In this document: one piece after another, positions 1 to 8,392 of the stretch
How positions within the stretch are numbered: position 1 is the first letter of the stretch
Layout of the letters: every line of letters begins with the position of its first letter
Origin: Patescibacteria group bacterium UBA6017
GTDB taxonomy: Bacteria > Patescibacteriota > Saccharimonadia > UBA4664
Assembly (NCBI GenBank): GCA_002429485.1
Contig: DIZX01000012.1
Coordinates: forward strand, 1,440 to 50,718
Reading direction: 5' to 3'
Length of the DNA stretch: 49,279 bases
Notes under the pieces: generated by a model
Told to the model about the DNA's origin: nothing
What the model saw: the letters and a program-made list of their open reading frames with translations, nothing else
Databases searched by the model: none
Translations under genes and position numbers: made by a program

Positions 1-392
1 ATGACGTGGATGCTGTGGTCCAAGAGCAGCGCCGCTCCATACCGGAGTCCAATGTTCAAGGCAGCAAGCATCACGAATACTGCAACATGACGCCACAGGC
101 CGGTAAACACCGCAAACGGAGTGCATAGGAAGGCTGCCCATTCCGCCAAAGTGCCAGCAATCAGCACCATATAGGCTCCCGTTAAAACGAGCCATAATGC
201 CAGGGCCGAGCTCCCGAGGCCGTAGCCCGCGACGAAAATCAGAACAACGCCGACGATGCTGGTAACGGTACAGCCGCTGACAAACGTCGTGTATGGATCG
301 CCGAACAGTATCGGATTCAGGCTCCGAAATCGCAGGTGGTTCCACGAGCTGGTCTTGGTCCGCCGAACGGAAGAGGTGCGTACTGCAATCAT
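1..392 (-). CDS. membrane protein, N-terminal part (gene runs off the left edge)
   Basis: Manual minus-strand translation from ATG at 392 (MIAVRTSSVRRTKTSSWNHLRF...) is followed by hydrophobic stretches and stays open to position 1. It is absent from the ORF track because no stop lies in the window. Confidence 0.45.
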   Translation of the reverse strand, partial: MIAVRTSSVRRTKTSSWNHLRFRSLNPILFGDPYTTFVSGCTVTSIVGVVLIFVAGYGLGSSALALWLVLTGAYMVLIAGTLAEWAAFLCTPFAVFTGLWRHVAVFVMLAALNIGLRYGAALLLDHSIHV

Positions 393-474
393 GTCAATTC
401 CAATCTCGCGTAGGGATGGATTAAAACATTAAAGCATATATACGGCCATGTGTCAATAATCGCATCTATCCAGA

Positions 475-504
475 TTGACATTTACCCTCCAAATGTGCTT
501 AAAT
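475..504 (+). promoter_or_regulatory. sigma70-like promoter upstream of rpsJ
   Basis: TTGACA (475-480), an 18-nt spacer, then TGc-TTAAAT (496-504), an extended -10 look-alike. It lies about 43 nt before the rpsJ ATG. Confidence 0.4.
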
Positions 505-546
505 TTAACCCGAAGAGTATTAACGATCGAAAGATAGCACCTCCCC

Positions 547-882
547 ATGGCAACACCAGCAGAAGTCAAAGCCCCCGAAAAGCAGCGAATTCGCATTCGC
601 CTCAAAGCTTACGATTCTAAAGTAATCGACCAAAGCGCCAAACAAATCATCGACACCGCCACCCGCACGGGTGCCAAAGTCGCTGGGCCAATCCCGCTGC
701 CCACCGAAAAGAACTCAATGACAGTCCTGCGCTCGCCACACATCTACAAAGATGCCCGAGAGCAGTTTGAGATGCGCACCCACAAGCGCCTCATCGACAT
801 CACCGAGCCAACCCCCAAGACCATCGACGCACTGATGAACTTGAACCTCCCGGCCGGCGTCGACATCGAAATCAAAATGTAA
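547..882 (+). CDS. rpsJ: 30S ribosomal protein S10
   Basis: 111 aa. IRIRLKAYD...PLPTEK...[27 protein letters not shown] is a typical S10 sequence. Confidence 0.97.
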   Translation: MATPAEVKAPEKQRIRIRLKAYDSKVIDQSAKQIIDTATRTGAKVAGPIPLPTEKNSMTVLRSPHIYKDAREQFEMRTHKRLIDITEPTPKTIDALMNLNLPAGVDIEIKM

Positions 883-895
883 CTAACGTCCGATC

Positions 896-922
896 AAAAG
901 CCCCGCGCAAGCGGGGCTTTTT
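896..922. terminator. bidirectional intrinsic terminator between rpsJ and the convergent gene
   Basis: aaaa-GCCCCGC-gcaa-GCGGGGC-ttttt: a 7-bp GC stem with an A-run on the left and a T-run on the right. It sits 14 nt after the rpsJ stop and 11 nt after the stop of the minus-strand gene. Confidence 0.75.
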
Positions 923-932
923 GATGCCAACC

Positions 933-1268
933 TTACAGCCCCGGCATCGGCAAAAACTCCAACACCTCAATCGAACATCCTGGCATTTTAAGGTGGGGGT
1001 GGTCTGCTAGCAGATCTGCTGCGTCGTCGAGTGAGTCGGCCTTTAGTATCGAATAGCCCGACACGGTAGTGGTGCTATCTGTCACTTCGGTTCCTTCTAG
1101 GCACTTGCCGGCGTTCACCGGGTTGCCGAATTCTACGTTTTCTCCACCCACTACGTCGCGCCAGGCGGTCCATTCGTCCATGCTGGCTTTCATTTGCGCG
1201 GGGGTGGCATCGGCCATCCGTTGGCGGCCGGACACGGGCGATTGATATAGGACCATATATTTGTTCAT
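933..1268 (-). CDS. small alpha+beta protein, YCII/DGPF-like (tentative)
   Basis: 111-aa clean ORF. The length and the pattern (MVLY...P...M..W..W...GG....G.P...) resemble YCII-related dimeric alpha/beta-barrel proteins. The match is by eye only. Confidence 0.5.
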   Translation of the reverse strand: MNKYMVLYQSPVSGRQRMADATPAQMKASMDEWTAWRDVVGGENVEFGNPVNAGKCLEGTEVTDSTTTVSGYSILKADSLDDAADLLADHPHLKMPGCSIEVLEFLPMPGL

Positions 1269-1326
1269 AACGCACTCTCCAATAATGTGGGCCGAGTATA
1301 CACTATTGCTGAGGTAAAATAATCGT

Positions 1327-1662
1327 ATGAGAGTCTGGGATGTTCCAGCCGAAGAACTATGCCGGGTGCACCTATTGGGTGAGCACCGGGAGCTGCACGC
1401 CGTATGGGTTATATTGACTCAGAACAAACGCGGATATCGGAACCACCCCGAGACCAAGCGCTGGGAGGGGAAGCTGGCTGCGCTATATATTCGTCACGGC
1501 GAGCTGGCCTTTGAGATGGGTCGGCGGGGGTACAATCACGCGTCGGATCTGGATGAGGCCCTCGCTACCGGGGCGGCGGTGCAAACTGAGCTAGTGGATA
1601 GCCTAGATCGCCAACGCCAAATGCTGCGGGCCAAGCCGTGCGACTGCGGGAAATCGAACTGA
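1327..1662 (+). CDS. pyrimidine dimer DNA glycosylase (T4 endonuclease V / DenV-like)
   Basis: 111 aa. MRVWDVPAEELCRVHLLGEHRELHAVW...RGYRNHPETKRW matches the conserved N-terminus of the Pyr_excise family. Confidence 0.7.
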   Translation: MRVWDVPAEELCRVHLLGEHRELHAVWVILTQNKRGYRNHPETKRWEGKLAALYIRHGELAFEMGRRGYNHASDLDEALATGAAVQTELVDSLDRQRQMLRAKPCDCGKSN

Positions 1663-1665
1663 CCG

Positions 1666-1920
1666 CTAATCTAGGCTAAAATCGCGGCTCATTACGTGAT
1701 GGTAGGCGTAGGCAAATTCGTACCATTCGTAACGCGCGAAGGCGTCCCAGTAGTCGTGCCAATCCGATTCCGGCGCTACGCCGGCATTTAAGTAGTCATT
1801 GATATTCGCCAAGTCTTCTTCCTCGATACGCTCGATGGCGTCTCGAAAAGCGTCTTCCTGGTCGGGGGTGCAAGAATCGTTAATAACTTCGTGCGAGGCT
1901 ATGAGTTCAGTATTTTCCAT
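1666..1920 (-). CDS. hypothetical acidic, Trp/Tyr-rich protein
   Basis: 84-aa ORF, divergent from the NUDIX gene. No family recognised. Confidence 0.45.
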   Translation of the reverse strand: MENTELIASHEVINDSCTPDQEDAFRDAIERIEEEDLANINDYLNAGVAPESDWHDYWDAFARYEWYEFAYAYHHVMSRDFSLD

Positions 1921-1921
1921 G

Positions 1922-1949
1922 TTGGTATTGTATCAAAAGCGTGTATAAT
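1922..1949 (+). promoter_or_regulatory. sigma70-like promoter giving a near-leaderless NUDIX mRNA
   Basis: TTGGTA (1922-1927), 16-nt spacer, TATAAT (1944-1949). The ATG at 1960 is only 10 nt past the -10 element. Confidence 0.4.
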
Positions 1950-1959
1950 CGCTCACATT

Positions 1960-2421
1960 ATGTTTGAACACCAACTTCCGTCAAATTATCGCGTGTCGCT
2001 CAAGGCTCTCATTTACGATGAGGCCGGGCGAATATTGCTCGTGAAGGAGAAGCATGACCACTGGGAGCTGCCCGGCGGGGGACCCGATCACGGAGAAACG
2101 CCCGAGGAGGCTCTGCGCCGTGAGCTTTATGAAGAGTTGGGCGTGGAAGTGGCAAGTTTTAGCCCCGAGCCGGCCTTCGTATGGTTTTTGCATATCGGGG
2201 CCAGGAACCGCTACGCCTGCTGGCTGACCTATGAGGTCGTCATTAAGGGTGAGCCCACGACCACCGATCATACCTCGGCCGTCGAGTTTCGTGACCTCAG
2301 TACACTAATGCCTAGCGAAGTCGCGGTGTACTTTAAGTCAAAGCTCCCCGAAGTACTAGCCTACCAGCCGACGCTTAGCCGAAACTTGTCTGCCGTACCC
2401 GCTTCGCGCTTCAATTCTTAG
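1960..2421 (+). CDS. NUDIX hydrolase
   Basis: Nudix box GGGPDHGETPEEALRRELYEELGVEV. I moved the start from 1891 to ATG 1960 (MFEHQLPS...) to avoid overlapping the divergent gene and the promoter. Confidence 0.88.
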   Translation: MFEHQLPSNYRVSLKALIYDEAGRILLVKEKHDHWELPGGGPDHGETPEEALRRELYEELGVEVASFSPEPAFVWFLHIGARNRYACWLTYEVVIKGEPTTTDHTSAVEFRDLSTLMPSEVAVYFKSKLPEVLAYQPTLSRNLSAVPASRFNS

Positions 2422-2436
2422 TGTAGAATTATCTAT

Positions 2437-2880
2437 ATGCAAACTACTACCGAGATAGAAACAGAAATTATTTACTATACTGACGGCAGCTGCGAGCCCA
2501 ACCCGGGCGCTGGCGGCTTTGCCGTGATTCGGGCTATGGAGCCCCGGGTACTGGGCAGTGAGCCCGACAGTACCAATATCCGCATGGAGGGCAAAGCGCT
2601 CATCGCAGCTATTAAGGATTCCGACGGAGCACCGTGCGTGATCCATACCGACAGCGAATTTTGGATCAACGTGATCACCAAGTGGTCGAAAGGCTGGGAG
2701 GCCAACGGCTGGAAGAAAAAGGGCGGCGAGATCAAGAACCTCGATATTGTCCAGGAAGTTGTACCGCTGTACCGGGCGTCAAAGGCGCGGCTGGAGTGGG
2801 TACGGGGCCACAATAATGATCCCGGCAACGAGATGGCCGATCATTGGGCCAACGAGGCCCGCAAAACGAAGGCCCAATAA
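2437..2880 (+). CDS. rnhA: ribonuclease HI
   Basis: YTDGSCEPNPGAGG, RMEGKA, IHTDSEF and W..V.GH...PGNEMAD..A are the RNase H DEDD motifs in the canonical order. Confidence 0.9.
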   Translation: MQTTTEIETEIIYYTDGSCEPNPGAGGFAVIRAMEPRVLGSEPDSTNIRMEGKALIAAIKDSDGAPCVIHTDSEFWINVITKWSKGWEANGWKKKGGEIKNLDIVQEVVPLYRASKARLEWVRGHNNDPGNEMADHWANEARKTKAQ

Positions 2881-2942
2881 TTCCTGGTGTTCGCCTGGGC
2901 ACTTGATTAATCTGCAAAATCTTGTTACAGTAGTCAATCCTT

Positions 2943-3602
2943 ATGGCTACAACTACCCCTACAACAGATAAAACCACCCGCCGCCTCCAGCTCACACCCG
3001 CCGTGATGCTGGGGCTTTTGGCCGTACTGGCGCCGCTGAGTTATATCATCGGCCGTGTGAGTACGGGTTTTGTTGCCAATACCTACTTAGCCTACCTCAC
3101 CTCCGGGGTAGTCTCTAGCGCCTTGGGCGTATTGCTCGGTATCCCGATTGGGCTCTTCTTCGGAACATTGCGCGCACCCCAAGCAAAAACAGCCGCCTCT
3201 GCCAGTACCCCCAAGATGGAGTATTCGATTCTGGAGCAGCTCCGCTCCGAGTTGGTTGAGAACCAGTCGCTGTTCGAGGCCCGCCGCGGCAGCACGACGC
3301 TGTATGCCCGGATTGCCTACATTACTTCGTTTTGGACCACCATTAAAGCCTCGGGCAGATTATTCGTGATGAGCGACCCCGTCTTGCTCGGCATTATCGC
3401 AACTGCATATTATTGGCTCGACCAGGCCTCGCGTCTTGAATTATTGGCCTATAAAGCCAAGTACGCTCAAACGGCCGCCGAGGGTAATGAGGCCAGTGCC
3501 AGTCATCTCATTTCTGAGGTTCGATTGCTCGACGGTCAAATCGCCAACAGCTTAGAGAAAGCCATTTCGGCTATAGACGCCGCCAGCTCTACTCTTATCT
3601 AA
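2943..3602 (+). CDS. hypothetical membrane protein
   Basis: 219-aa ORF with two N-terminal hydrophobic helices and a helical C-terminal domain. The overlapping ORFs are shorter and lack protein-like features. Confidence 0.55.
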   Translation: MATTTPTTDKTTRRLQLTPAVMLGLLAVLAPLSYIIGRVSTGFVANTYLAYLTSGVVSSALGVLLGIPIGLFFGTLRAPQAKTAASASTPKMEYSILEQLRSELVENQSLFEARRGSTTLYARIAYITSFWTTIKASGRLFVMSDPVLLGIIATAYYWLDQASRLELLAYKAKYAQTAAEGNEASASHLISEVRLLDGQIANSLEKAISAIDAASSTLI

Positions 3603-3635
3603 ATCATAAGCACCACTAGCTCGTGGGAGCTACTC

Positions 3636-4124
3636 GTGCTATTATATGTCATTATTCGCCGACCGAACTACAGAATCGAGGTTCGTTCAGTGACGGATAA
3701 AGAAAACGACGCCATTGTTGTTGAACTAATTTTGCGTCAAGGAGTGGGGCTTGACCCCGAAGATGCAGAGAAGTTCGAGACTGGTGTCTACGCGATGTTT
3801 GATAACATCTATCGGTCCGGAGACAAACGACCGCCCATTGAGGTGGTCTGGTCGACAAACTGCCTTAGCGGCTACAAAGTCCAGGTGGACGTAGTTATCA
3901 GGTTTCGGCCTGGTAAGTCCACCAACCTGAATGCCGTAGCCGCAATTGACTTCTGGATCAGGATAGTTGGAAGTTGGGTGCAGATTGTACCTTACTTCGC
4001 CGTTTTCGGCCTCGGCATAGTCGTTATCGACCAATCGGGCCAACTCTGCGTACGGCTCAGCCGTACCGCCATTTCGTGTTTCGCTTCTACTACCAGGCGC
4101 ACCTTGGAGGCAATGAGTCCATAG
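3636..4124 (+). CDS. hypothetical protein (strand unresolved; competes with 3726..4130 minus)
   Basis: A 162-aa plus ORF and a 134-aa minus ORF cover the same DNA. The first half of the plus frame has purine-rich first codon positions, which favours plus. Neither product is recognisable. Confidence 0.3.
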   Translation: MLLYVIIRRPNYRIEVRSVTDKENDAIVVELILRQGVGLDPEDAEKFETGVYAMFDNIYRSGDKRPPIEVVWSTNCLSGYKVQVDVVIRFRPGKSTNLNAVAAIDFWIRIVGSWVQIVPYFAVFGLGIVVIDQSGQLCVRLSRTAISCFASTTRRTLEAMSP

Positions 4125-4208
4125 CGGCAACGGCTGCTCGAGTCTTCGGACTCGAGTGGCCGCCTCTCTTTTTAGGGCATACCCACATCCGCGTCGTATA
4201 GTTAAACC

Positions 4209-5420
4209 ATGAACTTATTTTCTGACGATACCAGGCGCCCCCTTGCCGATCGAGTGCGACCGCGCACGCTCGACGAATTCATCGGGCAGGCTCAAGTGGT
4301 GGGTGAGGGGCAATTGCTGCGTACCATCATCACTCAGGGAACGCCGACGTCGTTGATCCTGTGGGGGCCGCCCGGCACGGGCAAAACCACCTTGGCGCGC
4401 ATCATTGCATCCAGTGGTGATTTTGCCTTCGAAGAGATTTCGGCGACCACGAGTGGGCTGCCCGACGTCAAGAAGGTGATTGAACGAGCCACCGACCGCA
4501 AAAACCTTGGTCAAGCCACCGTATTATTTGTGGACGAAATTCATCGTTTCAATAAGGCTCAGCAAGATGCCTTTCTGCCCCATGTTGAAAACGGCACCAT
4601 CATTCTCATTGGCGCAACCACGGAAAACCCATCCTTTGAAGTTATTGGCCCGCTGCTGTCCCGCAGCCGGGTAGTGGTGCTCGAACCGCTTTCGGTAGAG
4701 CAGATTTTGGCGATTATTGACCGTGGCATCAAGGAGCTTCGCGGCAAGCAGCTCGATCCGGACGCTGCCCAGCTCTTGGCCGAACTGGCTGCCGGGGATG
4801 CCCGCGTAGCGCTCGGCGGCCTCGAAACCGCTGCCAGCCTAGCCGGCGGGCGGATTACTCTGGAAGTAGTCAAACAGGCCATGCAAAAACCCGGCCTCAA
4901 ATACGATAAATCCGGGGAGTATCATTACAATCTCATCTCGGCCTACATTAAATCGATGCGCGGCGGAGCGGTGGACGCGGCTTTATTTTATATGGCGCGG
5001 ATGCTCGAGGGAGGTGAAGATCCCAAATTTATTGCCCGACGCCTGGTAATCTTTGCGTCCGAGGATGTTGGTCTGGCCGATAACACTATGCTTGGGCTCG
5101 CCTTGGCGGCCTTTCAGGCTATCGAGCGTATCGGTATGCCGGAAGGACGCATTATCCTGAGCCAGGCTACTATCGCCTTGGCCTCGGCGCCCAAGGACCG
5201 GCGCGCCTATGATGCTATTGGCTCGGCCATCACCGCCGCGCAGGAGCATCCCGAGGCCGAAGTCCCGCTGCATCTGCGCAACGCTCCCACTAAGCTCATG
5301 AAGGAGCTTGGCTACAGTAAGGGCTACGAATGGAAGCCGGGATTCGAGCACGAGCAGGGTTTTTTGCCCGACCAAATCAAGGGTCAGAAGTTTTACGACT
5401 CCAAATTGCCCAAAAAATAG
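4209..5420 (+). CDS. rarA: replication-associated recombination protein A (AAA+ ATPase RarA/MgsA)
   Basis: 403 aa. LADRVRPRTLDEFIGQ, Walker A GPPGTGKTTLA, Walker B LFVDEIHRFNK and the C-terminal MgsA domain (YHYNLISAYIKSMRG..DAALFYMARML.GGEDP.FIARRL). Confidence 0.93.
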   Translation: MNLFSDDTRRPLADRVRPRTLDEFIGQAQVVGEGQLLRTIITQGTPTSLILWGPPGTGKTTLARIIASSGDFAFEEISATTSGLPDVKKVIERATDRKNLGQATVLFVDEIHRFNKAQQDAFLPHVENGTIILIGATTENPSFEVIGPLLSRSRVVVLEPLSVEQILAIIDRGIKELRGKQLDPDAAQLLAELAAGDARVALGGLETAASLAGGRITLEVVKQAMQKPGLKYDKSGEYHYNLISAYIKSMRGGAVDAALFYMARMLEGGEDPKFIARRLVIFASEDVGLADNTMLGLALAAFQAIERIGMPEGRIILSQATIALASAPKDRRAYDAIGSAITAAQEHPEAEVPLHLRNAPTKLMKELGYSKGYEWKPGFEHEQGFLPDQIKGQKFYDSKLPKK

Positions 5421-5521
5421 GCTATAATCCCGAACGGGTTACGGCAGCGCATTCGAATGCGTCCGTGCATTGCCCATACATCGACCCGGTGATCTCACTG
5501 AGTCAAAACGAGAGGAACGAC

Positions 5522-5638
5522 ATGAACTCGAGGAAGTTCACTCTGGGCCTTGCCAGCGTGTTGGTCATCGTCGCCATCACGGGATTCATCATCGACGAGG
5601 TGAAGGCCGAATTCAGACACAAGGCCACGGCTTCGTAG
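5522..5638 (+). CDS. possible 38-aa single-pass membrane peptide
   Basis: Manual translation: MNSRKFTLGLASVLVIVAITGFIIDEVKAEFRHKATAS. Short, with no homology evidence. Confidence 0.25.
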   Translation: MNSRKFTLGLASVLVIVAITGFIIDEVKAEFRHKATAS

Positions 5639-5675
5639 TCGTAGCCGACCACGACATCGGCCCGCCGCCCCACAA

Positions 5676-5714
5676 CCAACCAGCCACGCTAAAATATCGA
5701 GCGTGGCTGGTTGG
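5676..5714. other. 15-bp perfect stem-loop
   Basis: CCAACCAGCCACGCT (5676-5690), a 9-nt loop, AGCGTGGCTGGTTGG (5700-5714). No flanking T-run, so it is not a canonical terminator. Confidence 0.5.
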
Positions 5715-5766
5715 CACCGACATCAGAAACTTTGCGCTCTTATTGTGCTTATGGTTTAATTAGCTC

Positions 5767-6033
5767 ATGACTAAAGCCGCCAAAAAAACCGTCGCCCGCG
5801 AAAGCGATAATGCTTATTTTCTAAAGATTTTGATTTATTTTCTATTCGGCATGACCTGGATTAAAGTCAACGGCTACATGGTAGTACCGGCCGGATTGGC
5901 CGTAGGCTTGCTAATCGCCCAGCACGATCATTTTGCTATCGACCGCAAGATCGAATACGCCGTACTAATTGTGTCGGCAATTCTAGGGCTGTGGGGTGGC
6001 ATCGCCTTGGTCAGCCTCTGGTTCGGCAAATAA
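5767..6033 (+). CDS. small membrane protein (2-3 TM)
   Basis: 88-aa ORF with a hydrophobic helix pattern. Confidence 0.5.
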   Translation: MTKAAKKTVARESDNAYFLKILIYFLFGMTWIKVNGYMVVPAGLAVGLLIAQHDHFAIDRKIEYAVLIVSAILGLWGGIALVSLWFGK

Positions 6034-6034
6034 T

Positions 6035-6301
6035 TTAGAAGTCGCTAAGTACGAAACGCATAGCTAGCGTCATGATGGCGATCATAAATCCGAGCTGCAC
6101 GAGTGATAGCAGCTGGCGCACGGGTGTGAATTCGAGCGGAATATAGCTATATAGGATGGTGATCGCTACGGTGGTGGCGAGCATTGCGCCTATCCGGTTG
6201 AGGGGGGAGTGGTTGTTCATTCCAAGCCTTACAAAATAATATTTACCCATACTAACACTCTTATTGCGTTTTGTCAATACTAGCGTCGATTGGGGCAACA
6301 T
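6035..6301 (-). CDS. small membrane protein
   Basis: 88-aa ORF with two hydrophobic helices. An internal ATG at 6250 (MGKYYF...) is an alternative start. Confidence 0.45.
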   Translation of the reverse strand: MLPQSTLVLTKRNKSVSMGKYYFVRLGMNNHSPLNRIGAMLATTVAITILYSYIPLEFTPVRQLLSLVQLGFMIAIMTLAMRFVLSDF

Positions 6302-6319
6302 AAGCTATAGTGTGTTGGT

Positions 6320-6694
6320 ATGTTTGTATTTCTACTCTCCCAGCTACCGCTCCCCGTCGTGTTGTACTTGAACTGGCGCGTCACCGTGAAGTTCTTGCGG
6401 GTGCGCCGCTTGTCCGCGTCGGTTCCGATCGAAAAGCCCCGCCGCCTAGTGATAGGGTGGTGGCTGAGTAACGTGGCGATAATCTTCGTAATGATCCCCG
6501 CCCTCGTCGAACGCCGGTTTTTTGTCCAGGATCACCGCTGGCTAGTGTCTTACGCTATCGCCGCCGGGCTCACCATTACCGGCCTGGCGCTTATGAATAG
6601 CGCTCTCGGCGAAGAGCTCCGGGACCTTGCTCGCTCGCGGCGATCAAAATCGCTCCGTAAACCTGTTGACACCATGCCGTCAGATACGGTATAG
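6320..6694 (+). CDS. membrane protein (4 TM) with basic C-terminus
   Basis: 124-aa ORF with hydrophobic segments. No family recognised. Confidence 0.5.
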   Translation: MFVFLLSQLPLPVVLYLNWRVTVKFLRVRRLSASVPIEKPRRLVIGWWLSNVAIIFVMIPALVERRFFVQDHRWLVSYAIAAGLTITGLALMNSALGEELRDLARSRRSKSLRKPVDTMPSDTV

Positions 6695-6816
6695 TCACAT
6701 GGTATTTCGCCTCGGCAAACATTGCTGCAGGCACTGCATAGACTAGGAAGTGCGCCGGTCTCCAAGATAGGAGATACCGCCATTGCCTAGCGCTTATTTA
6801 TGTAAGTAGGACCATC

Positions 6817-7476
6817 ATGAAGGCTATTCTCGGAACAAAACTCGGCATGACTCAGCTCTTTGACGAGAGCGGCAATGTTGCGCGCGTTACTCTAATCCAA
6901 GCCGGACCGTGCGTAGTTACCCAGGTCAAAACCGAAGCCACCGACGGCTACAACGCCGTACAGCTCGGTTTTGGCGAGGCCAAGCACCAGCCTAAGCCCC
7001 AAGCTGGCCACCTCAAAGCTGCCGGGAGTAATGCTCGTTACATGCGGGAGATCCGCATCTTGGACGTCCAGGCTACCCACCCGGCCGCTAAGACTCGTCT
7101 GGCAGATGCCGCCGAGGCTTTGGCGCTTGAAGTCGGAGCTACCATCGATCTAACTACTTTTGAACCTGGAGATGCAGTCCAGGTTACCGGAACTTCGAAG
7201 GGCAAAGGTTTCGCCGGTACCATTAAGCGCCACAACTTCAGCCGCGGACCGAAAACTCACGGTTCCAGAAACTACCGTGCGCCTGGTTCAATTGGTTCTG
7301 GTTACCCAGAGCACGTATTCAAGGGCATGCGCATGGCCGGTCACATGGGTCACGAGCAAGTCACCGTCACGGGCCTCAAAGTTGTCGTCGTTGACGCCAA
7401 GCTCGGCCTGCTGGGTATTTCCGGTGCAGTTCCCGGCCCGAAGCGCGGACTAGTAATGATCAGAGGCGCAATCTAA
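6817..7476 (+). CDS. rplC: 50S ribosomal protein L3
   Basis: MKAILGTKLGMTQLFDESGN... and FAGTIKRHNF.RGP.THGS. Confidence 0.97.
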   Translation: MKAILGTKLGMTQLFDESGNVARVTLIQAGPCVVTQVKTEATDGYNAVQLGFGEAKHQPKPQAGHLKAAGSNARYMREIRILDVQATHPAAKTRLADAAEALALEVGATIDLTTFEPGDAVQVTGTSKGKGFAGTIKRHNFSRGPKTHGSRNYRAPGSIGSGYPEHVFKGMRMAGHMGHEQVTVTGLKVVVVDAKLGLLGISGAVPGPKRGLVMIRGAI

Positions 7477-8111
7477 TGACTAAAGTCACTTCCTATTCAA
7501 AGACCGGCACCAAGCACGAAGCTACCGTTTCGCTTGATGCAGGCGTGTTTGGCGTTGAAGCCAATCATGAGCTCGTCGGCCAGGCTTACCGTACTTATCT
7601 CGCCAACGGCCGTGTTGCCGGTGCTGTCACTCTCAAGCGCGGCGAAGTTCGCGGCGGTGGCCGCAAGCCATGGCGCCAAAAAGGCACCGGCCGTGCTCGT
7701 GTCGGTTCTATCCGCGTGCCTAACTGGCGCGGCGGTGGTATCGTCTTCGGACCAAACGGCAACGAGAACCACACCCTGGGCCTCCCGGTTCGTATGAAGC
7801 GTGCGGCTATCCGCCAGGCACTTAGCCTCCAAGCCGAATCCGGCCACATCATTATCCTCGAAACATTCTCCTGCCCCGAAGGCAAAGTTAAGCCAACCGT
7901 CGAACTGTTGGGCAAGCTCGGCATCGAAGGCAAGATCTTGCTCGCCGTGAGCGTCAAAGATGGTTTGGTCGAACGAGCCACCCGCAACATTGCTGGTCTC
8001 AAGACCGTTCAGGCTAAATACCTCAACGTCTACAACATTATGAACGCCGACAAGATTGTCATTACTGAGAAAGCTCTCGCGATAGTAAACGAATGGTTGG
8101 GAGAGAAATAA
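7476..8111 (+). CDS. rplD: 50S ribosomal protein L4
   Basis: [35 protein letters not shown] overlap with rplC. Confidence 0.97.
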   Translation: MTKVTSYSKTGTKHEATVSLDAGVFGVEANHELVGQAYRTYLANGRVAGAVTLKRGEVRGGGRKPWRQKGTGRARVGSIRVPNWRGGGIVFGPNGNENHTLGLPVRMKRAAIRQALSLQAESGHIIILETFSCPEGKVKPTVELLGKLGIEGKILLAVSVKDGLVERATRNIAGLKTVQAKYLNVYNIMNADKIVITEKALAIVNEWLGEK

Positions 8112-8392
8112 TGAACCACATCGTACTCACCCCCAAGATTAGCGAAAAGGCGATTTACCTCGCCGAGCGCGGTATCTATGTCTTCGAAGTGCCTACCAGC
8201 ACCAACAAGATTGAAGTCACCAAGGCCGTTGAAGCCGCCTTCAAGGTCAACGTCACCGACGTCAACATGATCATTACCAAGGGTAAGATCAAGCGCTACA
8301 AACAGATCCTGGGCCGCCAGAAGGATGTTAAGAAAGCTATGGTCAAACTCCAGCCTGGTCAGAAAATCTCCTTATTTGAGGGAGCCCAGTAA
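8111..8392 (+). CDS. rplW: 50S ribosomal protein L23
   Basis: I moved the start to ATG 8111 ([14 protein letters not shown]...), which overlaps the rplD stop (TAATG). Confidence 0.95.
   Translation: MNHIVLTPKISEKAIYLAERGIYVFEVPTSTNKIEVTKAVEAAFKVNVTDVNMIITKGKIKRYKQILGRQKDVKKAMVKLQPGQKISLFEGAQ

Noticed and set aside
5330-5763. ORFs 5330-5638 and 5470-5763 downstream of rarA as real genes.
   Set aside because: The first overlaps the rarA 3' end out of frame. The second runs through the 15-bp stem-loop and has an Arg/His/Gly-rich, non-protein-like composition. Only the 38-aa hydrophobic peptide (5522-5638) is kept, as a weak possibility.
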